DNA of 8,974 nt from Paraspadella gotoi (Eukaryota; Animalia; Chaetognatha). The DNA lies in assembly GCA_051294375.1 (NCBI GenBank), contig JBJCIZ010000568.1, positions 1 through 8,974 of the forward strand, in the 5' to 3' direction. This document shows positions 8,527 to 8,974 of this stretch, piece by piece. Numbering within the stretch: the stretch's first letter is position 1; the number at the start of each line of letters is the position of its first letter. The notes under the pieces were generated by a model. It did not search any database, was not told where the DNA came from, and saw only the letters and a list, made by a program, of their open reading frames with translations. Both the position numbers and the translations under genes were made by a program.

Positions 8527-8842
8527 AACCAAATTATGCCAATTGACAAAAATATGCCAGTTGACCAAATTCTGCAAGTTGACCAAATTATGCCAGTTGA
8601 CCAAATTTTGTAAATTGACCAAATTATGCCTGTTGACCAAATTAGGCCAGTTGACCAAGTTATGCCGGTTGACCAAATTATGTTAATTAACCAAATTATG
8701 TCAGTAGACCAAATTATGTCAGTTGAACAAATTATGTCAGTTAACCAAATTATGTCAGTTGACCAAATTATGTCATTTTACCAAATTATGTCAGTTGACC
8801 AAATTATGTCAGTTGATTAAATTATGCAAATTGACCAAGTTA
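8525..8842 (+). repeat. 18 bp minisatellite, 17 full units plus 12 bp; consensus TTGACCAAATTATG(C/T)CAG
   Basis: Units start at 8525, 8543, 8561 ... 8813, 8831 in exact 18 bp register, with substitutions but no indels. Confidence 0.97.
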
Positions 8843-8876
8843 GCTTATTACCACTTAATTATCGTAGGCAGACATT

Positions 8877-8896
8877 GTTTGCTCAAACTTGTTTTT
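8877..8896 (+). other. Candidate 3' stem-loop and T-rich end of the inserted element
   Basis: GTTT-gctc-AAAC followed by TTG-TTTTT, exactly where array sequence resumes. The stem is short and could arise by chance, so its position is the main support. Confidence 0.5.
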
Positions 8897-8974
8897 CTTA
8901 ATCCTCAAATTATGAGTGATGATATTGACAAATACATATTTTTGTTAAATTATCTTTAAATGGAGCCTACCACA
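8892..8974. repeat. Resumption of the ~1 kb array unit beyond the insertion (runs off the right edge)
   Basis: TATGAGTGATGATATTGACAAA-TACATATTTTTGTTAAATTATCTTTAAATGGAGCCTACCACA matches TATGAGCAACGATATTGACAACTACAATTTTTGGTGCAATTATCTTTAAATGGAGCTTACCACA (~5245-5308) and the corresponding segments at ~3370-3432 and ~6250-6285. Confidence 0.93.

Larger units (their letters stand above)
7864..8891 (+). mobile_element. Non-autonomous Helentron-type element (HINE / DINE-1-like) inserted in a T-run of the array unit
   Basis: The flanks rejoin to the empty site. Left CCTGGGAATCACAGTTATTGTAG-TTTTT plus right TTTTT-CTTAATCCTCAA matches sister copy CCTGGGAATCCAGTTATTGTAC-TTTTT-CTTATCCTCAA (~3317-3353). 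The internal order is T-run, 5' inverted-repeat hairpin, GTCC/GTCG microsatellite, central tandem repeats, short 3' stem-loop, TTG, T-run. This is the described DINE-1/HINE architecture with T-rich target sites. There is no Rep/helicase ORF. The 3' subterminal repeat is only weakly recognisable (GCAGAC 8868-73 vs GCAGAT 7882-87). Confidence 0.75.

Noticed and set aside
8065-8842. CRISPR array (identical 25 bp words three times, or the 18 bp repeats)
   Set aside because: Sequences between the 25 bp words are homologous to each other rather than unique spacers. The 18-mers have no spacers, there are no cas genes, and the context is eukaryote-like.
8491-8959. ORFs encoding MPVDQI/MSVDQI, LTKLCQ or NLVNWH repeats
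   Set aside because: An 18 bp unit keeps several frames open on both strands automatically. The tract lies inside a mobile element and has no gene context.

Overview
AT-rich (roughly 30% GC), repeat-dominated DNA that looks eukaryotic, probably invertebrate. It has no intact gene and no prokaryotic signatures. Positions 1-7863 are a tandem array of a ~0.93-1.05 kb unit in two diverged variants that alternate, and the array resumes at ~8892-8974. The array shows signs of a ~3.9 kb four-unit superstructure and has several internal deletions near its right end. Read on the minus strand, the unit looks like the decayed C-terminal half of a membrane-protein gene, with a tentative ionotropic-receptor/iGluR-like motif order. 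Each unit carries a ~92 bp island that is almost invariant between the two variants and contains three back-to-back hairpins. At 7864-8891 a ~1.03 kb composite element sits inside a T-run of one unit. It has the architecture of a non-autonomous Helentron (HINE/DINE-1-like): 5' hairpin, GTCC microsatellite, three ~105 bp internal repeats, (TC)n, (TTGA)n, an indel-free 18 bp minisatellite and a small 3' stem-loop. The left ~6 kb is full of single-base indels that probably reflect sequencing or consensus error, so copy-level detail there is unreliable. All alignments and counts were made by eye.
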